From assembly GCF_009914755.1 (NCBI RefSeq), contig NC_060934.1: a stretch of 64,000 nucleotides of DNA; one strand, written 5' to 3'. The DNA comes from the human T2T-CHM13v2.0 reference genome, Homo sapiens. The notes under the pieces were generated by a model. That model had not been told where the DNA came from. It ran no database searches and saw nothing but the letters and a program-made list of their open reading frames with translations. Positions 43,863 to 58,330 of this stretch are shown piece by piece (position 1 is the first letter of the stretch; each line of letters begins with the position of its first letter). The position numbers and the translations under genes are program-made.

Positions 43863-45434
43863 AATATAGTTTGGATATTTATCCCCGCCCAAATCTCATG
43901 TTGAGTTGTAATACCCAATGTTGGAGGTGGGCCTGGTGGGAGGTGTTTAGATCATGAGGGTGGATCCCTCATGAATGGCTTGGGCCATCCCCTTGGTGAT
44001 AAGTGAGCTCTCACTCTGAGTTCAAATGAGTTCTGGTTACTTAAAAGTGTTGGCACCTGCCCCCTACTCTCGCTGTCTTGCTCCTGCTTTCACCATGTGA
44101 CATGCTCGTTTCCCCTTCACCTTCTTCCATGATTATAAGCTTCCCAAGGCCTCCCCAGAAGCCAAGCAGATATCAGCACCATGTTTCCTATAAAGCCTAC
44201 AGAACTGTGAGCAGATTAAACCTCTTTTCCTTATAAATTACCCAGTCTCAGGTATTTATTTATAGCAATGCAAGAATGATCTAATACAGAAAATTGGTAC
44301 CAGGAGTGGCATTTTGTTATAAAGATACCTGAAAATGTGGAACTGACTTTGGAACAAAGTAATGGGTAGAGAAGTTGGAAGAGTTTGGAGGGCTCAGAAG
44401 ACAGAAAGATGAGGGAAATTTGGAACTTCTTACAGACTGGTTAATAGTTGTGACTAAAAATCTGATAGTGATATGGATAATGAAGTCCAGGCTGCCAAGG
44501 TCTTGGATGGTAATGAGGAACTTAGTGGGAACTGGAGCAAAGGTGACACATATTATGCATTAGCAAAGAGCTTGGCTGCATTCTGTCCATGCCCTAGGGA
44601 TCTGTGGAAGTTTGAACTAAAGAGTGGCAACCCGGGGTATCTGGTGGAAAAAATTTCTAAGCAGCGAAATGTTCAAGATTTGGCCTGGCTGCTTCTAAAA
44701 GCATATGCTCAGATGTGGGAGCAAAGAAATGACTTCAAGTTGGAACATATATTAAAAAGGAAAGTAGAGAGTAAAATTTTGGAAAATTTACAGCCATATG
44801 TAAATTTTGTGTACATGGAAAATTCTCTGCCATATGGCAGAGAAAGAAAAAGCTTTTTCAGGAGAGGGATTCAAGCAGACTGTGGAGCATCCTCTTGCTA
44901 GAGATAGTTGTATAACTAAAAGGGAGTCAAGTGCTAATATCCAAGATAACGGAGAAAAGGCCCCAAAGGCATTTCAGAAAACTTTGCTGAAACCCCTCCC
45001 ATCACAGGCCCAGAGGCCTAGGAGGAAAGAATGATTTCATGGGCCAGGCCCAGGGCCCTGCTTCCCTGCACAGCCTCAAGACACTGCTCCCCACATCCTG
45101 GTCACTCCAGCTCCAGCTGTGTCTCAAAGGGGCCTAGGCACAGCTTGGGCTGCAATTTTGGAGAATGAGAGCTATAAGCCTTGGCAGCTTCCACATGGTT
45201 TTAAACCTACAGGCACACAGAGTACAACAGTGGTAGATTCTTGGCAGCCTCTACCTAGATTTCAGAGGCAGTATGGGAAAGCCTGGGTTTCCAGGAAGAA
45301 GCCTTCTGCAGGGGCAGAATCCTTGCAGACAACCTCTACTAGGGCAGTGTAGCAGGGAAATGTGGAGTTGGAGGCCCCACACTGAGTTCCCACTGGGGCA
45401 CTGCTTAGTGGAGCTGTATGAAGAGGGCCACCAT
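43863..45434 (+). mobile_element. MSTB LTR (43863-44288) plus truncated MST internal region
   Basis: LTR ends CTAATACA, followed by GAAAATTGGTACC internal start. The MaLR-int ORF remnant is at 44473-44901. Homology stops abruptly at GAAGAGGGCCACCAT. Confidence 0.85.
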
Positions 45435-46142
45435 TTTACAAGAGAGTGGAGAATACTCAGAGAGATTAAATAACCAGGAGAGCACAGGGTCCTGGGGATA
45501 AATGGAGAAAAGGTTCAGCGTGGCCAGGAGAAACAGAAGTTTGAGGCAAATGGGAGGGAAATAGAGAATCAGAGGTTACAGCAAATTTCTCCGTAGTCAA
45601 GGCAAGGTCTTTGGAGAAGCTCAGATTGACTTAGGGGCATGGCAAAAGTTAAACATAGGTGAGACTTGGGCCTGGCTTTGGAGTAGGGGAAAAGCAGGTA
45701 CATCGGTATGTTAGGGAGGTGAGCCATACTACTACTAATTGACATAGAAGCTAGCATTTACTGATTACTTAATATGTTCCAGGTATTGTTCTGAGTCTTT
45801 ACACATGTACATAATTATTGCAACCCTGTGGGACAGGTAAAATAATCCCCTCATACAAATGAAGAAACTGAGCACCGAGAGATTAAGTAAGCACTTAACT
45901 AGTAAAGTTAAAATTCAAACTCAGGCAGCTTGTCTCCAGAATTGATTCTCTGGAAGATTCATATGTATATTAAATTCTTTTCCAAAATGTAAAAATTAAA
46001 CTTGAAAATTTATGCCCCATAGTGAAAGACAGAGTTTTAATATGTCAAAAATTAATGCAGCATAATTGTGTACAATTCAATAATATTTATTATCCCTAAT
46101 TGAACATTCACATGAAATTTATACTTCTATATTATCATTAAC

Positions 46143-46445
46143 TTTTGTTGTTGTTGTCGTTTTTGAGACAGGGTCTCAGTCTGTTGCCCAAGCTGGAATA
46201 AAGTGGTTCACAGGGTTTCACTGCAGCCTTAACCTACTGGGCTCAAGTGATCCTCCTGCTTCAGCTTCCTGTGTAGCTGGTACCACAGGTCCATGCCACC
46301 ATGCCCGGCTAATTTTTGTATTTTTGGTACAAATGAGGTCTCACTTTGGGTTGCCCAGGCTGGTCTCGAACTCCTAGGTTCAAGCAATCCTCCTGCCATG
46401 GCCTTCCAAAATGCTGGGATTACAGGTATGAGCCACTGTCCCTGG
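46143..46445 (-). mobile_element. AluJ in the CUBN-like 3' UTR
   Basis: Alu dimer consensus. Confidence 0.88.
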
Positions 46446-46607
46446 CTATTGTTATTAACTTTGAAAAATGTATGTCACATATGCCATAATCATTTCCAAG
46501 TCTTTCAAAGATATTTTTTTAAATTTCAGCTCAAAATATTAGAATGAAATGCACACTCAAGACTAAAGAAGGTATATTCTATGCTCAAGAAAATGTACAA
46601 ATATTGA

Positions 46608-46986
<379 letters not shown>

Positions 46987-47344
46987 TAAAGATGACAAAG
47001 TCCTGTCTAGCATGCTGCAGAGGGAAAGTGCTGAGTGAACATGCTGAGTTACCCACTTAGCAGTCCCAAGTTAATTGCAATGTGGATGGATGCCATGCAT
47101 AAGCAGCATGAAATTTTATGAAGACCTGATTTGAGGAAGCCACGAAGGGAGCTATGCTGGTATCCTAAAGTTGAAAAAAAAGTATCAAATTATATACTTC
47201 ACATATTTGAAACTTTTTCTAGAAATGTTAACCTAGTAACAAAGTACCACATAAAGAAATTTTATAGAATTTACAGTGAACCTGCATATATTTCTTGAAG
47301 TAACCTTGCAAAGAATGAATGCAAATGCTTTACAAAGAAATATT

Positions 47345-47580
47345 TCTGGGCATGGGGAGTTAAGGGAAAATGGGGAAGGACTGCTAATGGGTACAGGGTT
47401 TCTTTTGGGGAGTAATGAAAGTGTCCCAAAATTGGCTGTGCTGATAATGGCCACACAACTCTGTGAATCTACTAAAGACCACTGAATTGTATACTTTAAG
47501 GAGGTGAATTGCATGGTATGTAAATTGTATGTATGGAAATGTATGGTATGTAAATTATACCTCAATAAAACTGTTATCGA
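47345..47580 (+). mobile_element. L1MB/ME 3' end
   Basis: CTGCTAATGGGTACAGGGTTTCTTTTGGGG...CCACTGAATTGTATACTTTAA...CTCAATAAAACTG. Confidence 0.78.
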
Positions 47581-49636
47581 AAAATTTGAACTTCTTATTC
47601 AAGTTCTTACTGCAAATTTAATTTTTCTTAAAGAAACATATGTAAGTGAAATGATCACACTAAGTAAAATATGCTATTTTCATCCTCAATGTTTATAGCT
47701 TCCTCTTGGGATTTATTTTCATATACTTCTGTGGAACAGTGTGTGTTTGTCTGTGTGTTGAGGGGAATAGATGGGTCCCCGTTTTCTCTCACTTTCTGTT
47801 CATTCATTTGGCAAATATTGATCAAGTCACTGCCACACTGCAGGTATTGTTTTTAGTACTAGGGATATTAAAAAATGAGCAAAACAGGCAAAAAGCCCTG
47901 CTCTCATGATGCCCACATTACTGGGTTTTCCTGCCTCAGCCCCACCCCAAGTCATCAAAACACAGACTTATTTCCAAGATACTCACTAATTCAAGTGAGT
48001 ATAGATTTTTTTCTGTAAGAGATATATCAAGGTATATGCAATATTTTTATTCCTATGCATGTCTACTTTTTACCTCCACTTTAATCTGCTTCCAAATTTC
48101 AACAACTTCTTTTATATTGACAAACTAGTATGGACAGTCAACAGAAGTTTTAGAATCTCCTTTGATTCTCCTTGTTTTTCCCATTATTCTTTCATTTGCT
48201 TGATGTTCATATTCTGTAGTTGCAAGGGATAGAGGATTTCCCTGTGAACAATGGTATTTACCATAACACAAAATATCTCCCAAATCAGGGGATGGTTTGT
48301 ATTTATATTAGCAAAATAAGGAGCCACCTCTGTATGTAAATTGTATGTATATAAATGTAAGTTTACATTTTACATACATATTTACATGCATATTTACATA
48401 CATACAAAAGTTGAATTGTATACTTAAGGAGTATATATAAAAAAGTATATGACTTTTGTATGTGAATATGCATGTAAATATGTATGTATGTAAAATGTAA
48501 AAGTTGTATGTATGTAAATATTAGCAAAATATTACAACTTACAAAAAGTTACATACTTACAAAAAGTTGTAAGTATGTAAATATTAGCAAAATAAGAGCT
48601 ACCTCTCTATGTAAATTGACTATTTTATACTTATGTTTTACTTTTTTAAATTTATGTTTAACATTTATAAAGTGTTAAATCAGTGGTACCTTTAAGGAAA
48701 AAAACAATTACACATGAAATTATATCTACATTTATAAAAGAAAATGTAAAACTGGGAAAATACTGTAAACACCAACAGTTTAAAAATTGATGTATCTCGC
48801 TATATATTACAGCTTAACGCGGCACTGGATTAAATGGCAATCACTTCTCTCAGTGACTCAGTTTTCTTTTATCTGCAAAGTCCAGGATATACTTGTTCTT
48901 TCCACCTTACGGGATTGTCACTGTGGGGATCAAATGGGGTTATATGTTTGCAAGCCACTGAAAACCATGCCCACAAAAAAAAAAACGTCAATATAAAGTC
49001 ATGATATTGTTAAAATTGTCTCTTTTCCTCCCTTTTGAAATGTTTGTAAATTTCAATTCAATGTCTAAGAGCTGGTTAGCTTCTAAATCTGATGTGTGGC
49101 ACATTTACTGGGGTCTCTGTCTGTGGGCCTTCTGTGCAACCCCGTAATACAGTATCTGCTGGTCCTGCGATCACCATTTCTCACCAAGTAATGTAACTCC
49201 GTGTATAAAGATATCACTAACAAAAAGTTTATTAAGTGTTGTCTGTAGTTGCAAAAAGTTCAAGAGACCTAAATGTCCACTTAGAGGGGCTTCGTTAAAT
49301 AAATTAGGCTGCACTTATGCAATGGAATACTCTCCAAAAACTAAATACGATGCACCAGTGTTTTTATTAAGATAAGATATTAATGATGTATTGGTAAGTG
49401 GAAAAAACACAACATCAAACAGTAAAAAATATGCATGTAAAATATATGCAAAGATATTCAAAGAAAGGTGTTAAGAATATATGAGAATGCTAGGGTGTTA
49501 GAAAAATTAGTCTATTTTCTGATACTTCTGAAAATAGCATTTATCAATTTTATAAATAATATATTTTAAAAAACCATCTAGATTTCCAGCTGATATAATT
49601 CTCTGTCTAGTTTGATTACAAAGCCTAAGTGATTAA

Positions 49637-49987
<351 letters not shown>

Positions 49988-50402
49988 TAAGTATCTACTT
50001 GCACATAAAATGAGAGGACCGTAAGCACAGATGCCTGCAATATTGAATCAACATCAGATTCTGAGTTGTTGTTTGTAAAGCCCTGATATGAGCTTTACAA
50101 AAACAAACTATCAGTCACCATTTCTTCAAAGAATTCCTGCAATTTTCAGCAAGAAGTAGATAAAATAGAGCCAGGTGTCCAAATGTTCTATAGTTTTATT
50201 TATGCAGAAATAAACATGGGTATTCAACCCTAGGCGGTGCACTGACGTCACAGAGGGAGCTTTTAAAAAACAGCATGCTGTGGCTCCTCCCCGGGAAATC
50301 CTGATTCAATAGGTTTCAGTGGGAACTGGAAGTCTAATGTAAGTAACTCCACAGGTGATTCTGAAGCAGAGCTGATTTTGGTAACTATTAATAGTAATTT
50401 AA

Positions 50403-50425
50403 TGCAATGCCCACCAGATGGCACT
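50403..50425 (+). promoter_or_regulatory. CTCF motif
   Basis: TGCAATGC-CCACCAGATGGCACT matches the CCASYAGRKGGCRS core. Confidence 0.6.
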
Positions 50426-50474
50426 CATGCTCCGAGAATAGAAAGGCAAGTCGGAAAACTGCTCAATTTGTTAA

Positions 50475-50829
<355 letters not shown>

Positions 50830-50888
50830 TTAAGTGACTCATTGTCTAAACATAACAAATGGGAATATAAAATGTTTGTTCTACTCAC

Positions 50889-51124
50889 GCCTCTGCAGTA
50901 TGGTCCATAGGATGGAGAGCTGACGTTGGGCCCATCGTAGAGTGTGAGATAGTTCTGGACACAGTCTCCTGGATCGTCAATGCTGATGAAGTAAAAGTTG
51001 ACAGTGAGAAGCCTTCCAGCAGGAGCTACCAGTGCCCACTCGCAGTGCGTGTTGTTTGGATAGGTGCCTGGATAGCCAGGGCTGGTGAATGAGCCTCTGT
51101 CTCCATAAAGAGTTCCACCACATC
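50889..51124 (-). pseudogene. CUBN-like exon 66 (236 nt, open)
   Basis: Translates [78 protein letters not shown]. Confidence 0.95.
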
Positions 51125-51932
51125 CTGCAAGGAAAACAGGACAGGAAGTTTGATTCAACAATGTATAAGCCATCCAGTCTGGCTTGTTAGGCAATAAGAC
51201 TTTATTTTCTTAAGGTGCTGAGACTCTGCAAGAATAATAGAGGCAGAAACCGCTTTTCCTGTTCCTCTTGTTTGGGCTACACCCTTTCTCCTCACTTCCC
51301 CTCTCTTCCCATCGCCACCACCACCTCTTCCATCCTCAACACACATGCCTTTGCCTGCATATCACGATCCAAGGACAACTTCCTCCAGGACTGTACTTTG
51401 AAAATCGGGGGTTGACAGCAGAATGGAAAACAATCAAACAAACAAAAACAAAACAAAACAAACAAACAAAAACTTAATAAAGTAACTGTGGGAGAAAATC
51501 AAGTTGTTGCCTCTGTGCTTTCGATGGTGCAGAGATCTTTGCTTACCCTGAGTTGATGCCAATGATGTGAGTGAAGTAAAATTAGAAGGAAAATTCAGCA
51601 CTAAACCAAGAGGAAGTGTGTGATTGTAGGTGGTGGCAGGAATGACTTCATTATAAAAGTAACTTTACCACCCTAATAACTGACATACTTAAGGTCGAAT
51701 ACTTCAAGTTTTGGTGTTAATTTGTTCAATTTGTTAATCTGTATATGAAGGCTGTCATGATTTAGACTACATATAGACTACATATCTGTGGAGATCCAGA
51801 TCGCCTCCAGGACAGGAAGAAGCTGGCTGTCATAGTTACGGAGCACCTGGCTGGGCCTTTGACCACCGAGGTCTAGTCCCATCTCCACCTCAGTCTAGCA
51901 GAGCATTTTGGGCAACTCATTAATCTTGGTGG

Positions 51933-52215
<283 letters not shown>

Positions 52216-52794
52216 TAATCTTGGTGTTTTATTTCCTCGTCGATAAAATTTGAGCATTGGAAGTCATCTTTGTCTTCCTTTGGGTGCCAAAATTCCATTA
52301 CCCACGATTATCTTAATAGAACCATTTTCTTAAGGTATTTAAAGTGATTTCTGTTTATCTTTTTTTATTTGGAATGTATGTTGGTATTTGAGGACATTTC
52401 ATAAAGGTATTTCTCCTCTCTTGCATTAAATGTATTGACATGACTTAAATTTTCTTTAGCTGTTTGAAAAGTGGCCAACCAAAAATATGAGAGGATACTT
52501 ACTACCCTAAAAAAGCAATTTCTCTCCAGGACTGCCAACAAATGTCAGGGCCTGTGAGAAGCACAACCATTCATATATATGCCAGAATGTGTTCATAAGT
52601 TGGATTTTTGGTAAATATTTTTCCTTAAATTCTCAATGAACTTCCTTGATGGTCAAACCAACAGTCAAAAAGTCTAACAAAATTGAATTTACAAAGGAAT
52701 TTTTAAATCTTCATACCTTATATGTGCTTCATATATGAATATATATTATTTTATAAACAGAAATAATGAATAAATGTAGAATTTAAAGTAATCT

Positions 52795-53122
<328 letters not shown>

Positions 53123-53252
53123 CTATTCTTAACATGAATTAATCAGGTACACAGGTAGCTAAAAAATATAAGGTTACTTTGCCTTTTTCTATTAGACACC
53201 TTATGTTTTACTCACCTACACTGCTTTCCCGTACAAAGTACAAATGTCTTAC

Positions 53253-53410
53253 CAGAGGGTGATGAGGTCCAGATGATTTCATATCCACGATCCGAAATTA
53301 CACTATTACTCTTAAATCATAGGTATAGTTCATTATTTTGAGAGAAGACAGGGTTTGGCAGCAGAGTACTTGCCAAGTAATGGTGAATTGCTGTTACTTC
53401 CATTTCTCAC
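53253..53410 (-). pseudogene. CUBN-like exon 65 (158 nt, 8-nt deletion and TGA)
   Basis: Translates VRNGSNSNSPLLGKY, frameshift, then [36 protein letters not shown]. Stop at 53317-53319. Confidence 0.93.
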
Positions 53411-53827
53411 CTTTAGGAAGGAGTCATTCATTATTAAACTTACACTTTCTTCTCCAATGTATATACATTACACTGTGAGACAATTTGAATGATGACACTT
53501 TTTGGAAAAGCTTTGTCTTTTTATATACATAAGAATGAAGGGTTTTCTGAAAATACATGCAGAAGTCATCTTCACTTGCAAAGGGGAAAAATGTTCCATG
53601 TGTAGATCAAAAAACATTTGTATTTGGATTCAGAAATATCTGTTAACCTGTAGCAATTAAAACATCAGGCTGCTTTTTTATATAATAGTTTTTGCTATGA
53701 TCCTGCAGCCTTTGCTTTTGGGGAAACATTTGGAAGAATGTAGGTAAAGTGAATTTTTAAAGGGTGGGGATGGGTGGGGGCAATGTTGCCTGCCCTGTTT
53801 CCAGTCAACTATTATACATTTTTCATA

Positions 53828-53865
53828 GTGTGTGTGTGTGTGTGTGTATGAGTGCGCGCGCACAC
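53828..53865. repeat. (GT)n/(GC)n microsatellite
   Basis: GTGTGTGTGTGTGTGTGTGTATGAGTGCGCGCGCACAC. Confidence 0.9.
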
Positions 53866-55532
53866 GGGTTTCCCATTGAAAATTACTTGGCTGTAAAGGG
53901 GCTACAAAAAAAATACAATGCAAAGTATAATAAAGTTCAGAACAAAAGGAATTTCTGTATGGGTGAAGGACAGAATTATAAATCTATACAACTTCTGACT
54001 GTTGTTAAACGTGTTTTAAAAACACATTCCGAGGCCTTGTTGCTTTTTTGTTTCAACTCCTCATTTTTGAATAGACACATATAAAAACAGGAAATGAGTT
54101 GGTGTTTTGAGGGAAGAGAGAACCACACTGTGAATTCAACCATTTTCTGTCCCCCAGCCTGGCTCCTACCCTGCATTCACAACTAGACCTGCTTCCAGGA
54201 GGGCTCTCGACGCTTCTAAAGGAAACGTTACACAGGCAATGTATGTTGGAACCAGCCTGACATGTAGAAATGCTGATTTTACTGATCCATGTATTCAAAA
54301 CATTGGAAGTTCCTCTCTTCCCTTTGTAATTCCATGATTTAAAATTTGGTTAATTGCTGGTATCTTAAGTCACAGAGTTAAGACAGTCTAATCTTGCTGG
54401 GCTGTGTTGATCAGGTGAGATTCCTTTTAGGTCTATGTAGTAGCCCATGGGAGAGACTAATGCCTTTCTAGTGCTTCAGGGATTATTCTGCTAAGTGTTT
54501 AAATAAAGTAGACTTGCCATGACAGAGTAGCCAGTTATCCACTAGTAGATAGGAGGGCTGCCATATTTAAGACCTTCCAGCACCATACCCTTGAGTTTGG
54601 GTGTTTTCACCCAGGGGTCCTCTTTTAAAATGGCGTTGCTCTGAGAGGAGCAGTGAGATACTAATTTTCACGGACACTGCCAACAACTTGTCTTATTCAC
54701 TTTCGTCTCCTAGGAGGAATGGGGCCACTGAGAGCAGCGGGCATCCCTGCGACATCAGAGGATCCTGGAAGGGGAGGTGAAGGCATGAAAACAATCGCAG
54801 ATTCCAGGCATGGTCTAGAGCTCGGCCCTCACTTGGTAGTAACACAGAATCCTCAGTCAGACATTTCTGTTCCTACGGCAGTTCACAAGAATGGAATGCT
54901 GAGGCTTCCTGGTCCAGCTGCCAATAAACTATGCCCACAGTCTTCCCACCGAGAGCCAGACGGAGCTACATTTTACAGGCCTAAGCTGTGGTTTCCTTTC
55001 TTTGCTTATGGGACAGGAAGTTTCAGATCCATTCTACGGAGTAATGAAGGACAGCGAGGAGGAAGAGTTCTTACTGTCCATGGCTGGAAAGCAAGGCTTT
55101 GCTTCCCAGCATCTATCAGGCAAATGGCAAATGTTGACTCTGATCAATAATGGTCCATTCAAGCTGGAGTGAGTTAAGAGTTAGTTGCACTGTGACTCCA
55201 ACCTAACGGGATTATTCCATCTTTCATCCAGATCCCACTCTCCTCATTCTTTCTGCTTTACACTTCATATAAATATATGGATCTCCGTGGTGGGGGAGGT
55301 ACGTAGGTCCAAGTTGAGTAACCTGACCGGCACAAAGAATACTGTATTTGTCTCTTCGTTTCCTCCCTGCTACATACATCTTTTGGTTTCCTGTCATGGG
55401 AATATTCCTTTAGAAAAGGCATGAGCTTCCTCTGAGTGTTATTTATGAAACTACATGTTAAGGCTATTGATTAATAAAGGATTTAGATGAATTCCAAAGG
55501 GGAGAGCTTTCCAGGATGATAAAACTGCATCA

Positions 55533-55869
55533 AGAATCATGTTGAAGCTAAACCCATAGGCAAAGACCATGTGCCAGAACACCCTTCCTCACCAGGCCGG
55601 GCAGAAGGTGACAGCAGCCCTAGAAGCCAAATCAGATGAGGTGGGTTGCAGGTGAGAAAAGATGTTTTGTTGGGAACAAAGGCTGCAGCTACCAAGAAAC
55701 TAGCAGCTGAACAGAAGCCCACTGGAAAGAATCCTCCCACAGAAGGAAAGAAGCCTGCTGCATACACCAGTACATTTGTTTATGCTACAAAGATCAAATC
55801 ATCTTGGGAAGCTTATTTTGAATGAAGACCTGATCAAAGAGGCAGTGAGAAAAAAAATAAAACAAAAAA
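55533..55869 (+). pseudogene. 5'-truncated processed RPL4 (ribosomal protein uL4) pseudogene
   Basis: Translates RIMLKLNP*AKTMCQNT...AALEAKSDE...KAAATKKLAAEQKPTGKNPPTEGKKPAA, matching the RPL4 C-terminus. Followed by an RPL4-like 3' UTR (TCAAATCATCTTGG...GGCAGTGAG) and an A tail. Confidence 0.88.
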
Positions 55870-56968
55870 TACGACTCCAGATCAGGTGTAGAGGAACAAG
55901 CAAACTTTTTGGAAACCTTACTGAAGCCTCTTGTATGGTGAAACAAAGCCAGTTTAGAGAGCATCGGGATGAGGTTTAGATTTAAATTCCACTCTCAGAG
56001 GAATTCAGCATCCTTATCCTTTTGAGTCTCAGGTTCCACCTGAGTTTATTTCCTAAGGATGAATGCATTTTCAACAGAGCTTGCAAAGGTCACAACCGCA
56101 TGAGCTCTGGGGGGTTTTCTGGCAAAACACAGGTGCTGAGTTCCACACACTGGGTCCGCATCAGATGAGTCTTATTCAGACCGTTTCCTGCCTATGAGCA
56201 ATGATATTCATGTTCCATCTCACATGCTCAGTGCAGGTGATGTGGCAGAAAGAGCACAGAGGGAGCTCACCAGGGGCTCTGGAAGACCCCAAAGGTTCAG
56301 GCCCACAAGGGGCATGGCTCTGCCTGCTCCAGGTGCAAGGGGGGCTTCTCTCTCAGTGTGTCCTGGGGTGGGAGTTGGGGGTGAATGGGTGGAGAATGGG
56401 CAAACAGCAAAGTCACTTCTGTGTCCAAATGAGAGCTCTGGAGTTGTGGTGGAAAAAGGACAGACCACACTTCCTGCAACAAGGGAGCACTTTTTCAAGG
56501 CAACACTTGTCTTTAGAGGATGTTGACGATGCCTCAAACTTACTGTAGCTGTCAGGGAAATTAGGTGAGCTATTTAGTATCATTCAGTTTCATTTTACAG
56601 AATCAGCTTGTTGTTCTTAGACTTTCCTCTGATCCTTTTAGGTCTCAACTTACATATTGCCCTCTTAAAGAAGCTTTCTAGTTCCCAGACTGAGTTAGGA
56701 ACCCCTACCCCTGCTGGACTCAGTTAGTCCTTTCCACATTGTGCTGTAATTGGCTATACCCCATCTGTCCTTTCCACCAGACTAGGAGTCTTCCGAGGGC
56801 CCTGAGGTTCCCAATTTCCGGTGTTTGGACTGGTGCTCTGTAAATGTTTAGGGAATGAAAGGGTAATGAATAAATTAATGAAACAAGTAAGAATCATAGA
56901 GCATTAGAAGCACTAAAGAAAAGGTGTAAAATCCATCATCATTTAAATGATATTCAAATGCATATTAC

Positions 56969-57144
56969 CTCCAAGAAATCGTTTCTGCATTCAATTGAGT
57001 TCTCAATGCCAAACAAATGAAAAAAGAGGGTGTGGTTGTGGGGGGCTGTGAGAGTAATGGTGCAATCCATGTCACTGTCGTAGTTATCTGGCCATCCAGT
57101 ACTCCTCAGGTTGCCAAATGCCTTGTGATAGTCTCTGTTGCAAT
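56969..57144 (-). pseudogene. CUBN-like exon 64 (176 nt, in-frame 6-nt deletion)
   Basis: Translates [58 protein letters not shown]. Confidence 0.93.
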
Positions 57145-58182
57145 CTTAGGAGAAAAATATGCATAATTAATGTATGCATTCCAGTGTTCAGTGCTCTTTC
57201 AACTTCGCAGGAATAATTCAAAAAGATCATTATATGTGAACAAACTTTAGAAAAAGGTAATCCAGCTTCTTCGTTTACCTTTGAGATAATTGAGACCCTG
57301 AGCAGTGAAGTGAATTTCAAGCAGCACACACACATGCAATGCAGCAGCTCATTCACACAAACACCCCTACAGGAAGCATGACACAGGAGCCTTCTCCTTT
57401 AAAGACGAATACTCGAGGATCCTTTGAACTTTTCTGATCACATTGAGGTGAAGTGGCTAGCATTCAGACTCTCTTTTAGACAAGGACACTACCTCCAAGA
57501 CAGAGTTTTGCGCAAGGATTTTAAATCCATTTGTGAGTTATTTGTGGGAAATCGTTCTTTACCTTTTTTTTTGTAAAAAAAATCTAAAGTACTTTTGTTT
57601 GTTTAACCAAAGGCAGCTTTCATTTGAATCAATTCAAAATAAATATCAAATAAAGTGTTCTGTGAAAATAAACTTCTCAGTGATAGTAATCAGGTAACTC
57701 TTTTAAGGCTTTTTGATTTTTACAAAAATAATTTTCTAAGATTTTCAACCTTGTGAAAATACTAAAAACCTCTGAAATATAAACATTAAATGGGTAAATT
57801 GTATGACATGAGGATTATATTTTGATAAAGCTCTTGTAAATATATATATATTTCTCATAAATAAATATGTATATTCAGTGTGGTTAAGTGGGTAAATTAA
57901 CAAAATAACTGGTATATTTTTAAAATCAACTACATAGACGTTGAAGAAAATGCTAGCATTCTAAGCATCTTGGTTAGTATTGTATTCTCTTTACCTCTTT
58001 AGAAACCAACTTTAGTAATTTGCTAAATTGGGCCTGGGTTCTAGTTAAGAGATGGGTGTGGTTTTTGTTAACAAATCTTAATTTACTAACGGGAGTCAAT
58101 TCTAGAAATAATTGTAATTATTCTAGGAATAATTGTAATGATGGCAGCTTTTCTTAATAAAAGATGAAGTTCTGGGGCTCAC

Positions 58183-58330
58183 CTGCTATCTGATAGGTGA
58201 AATTCATTCTAGAATTTCTGTTTAAAACTCCAGATTTGAAAATGACAATTGCAGTACTCATAGAAGAATAAAACACCGGCATAGCCAAAGCATTTCTGCC
58301 ACAGAACTGAATTCTTGAATTTCCATGACT
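58183..58330 (-). pseudogene. CUBN-like exon 63 (148 nt, open)
   Basis: Translates [49 protein letters not shown]; atttcag| and |gtgagc. Confidence 0.95.

Noticed and set aside
44375-45473. 142-aa ORF and neighbours
   Set aside because: Remnants of the MaLR internal ORF.
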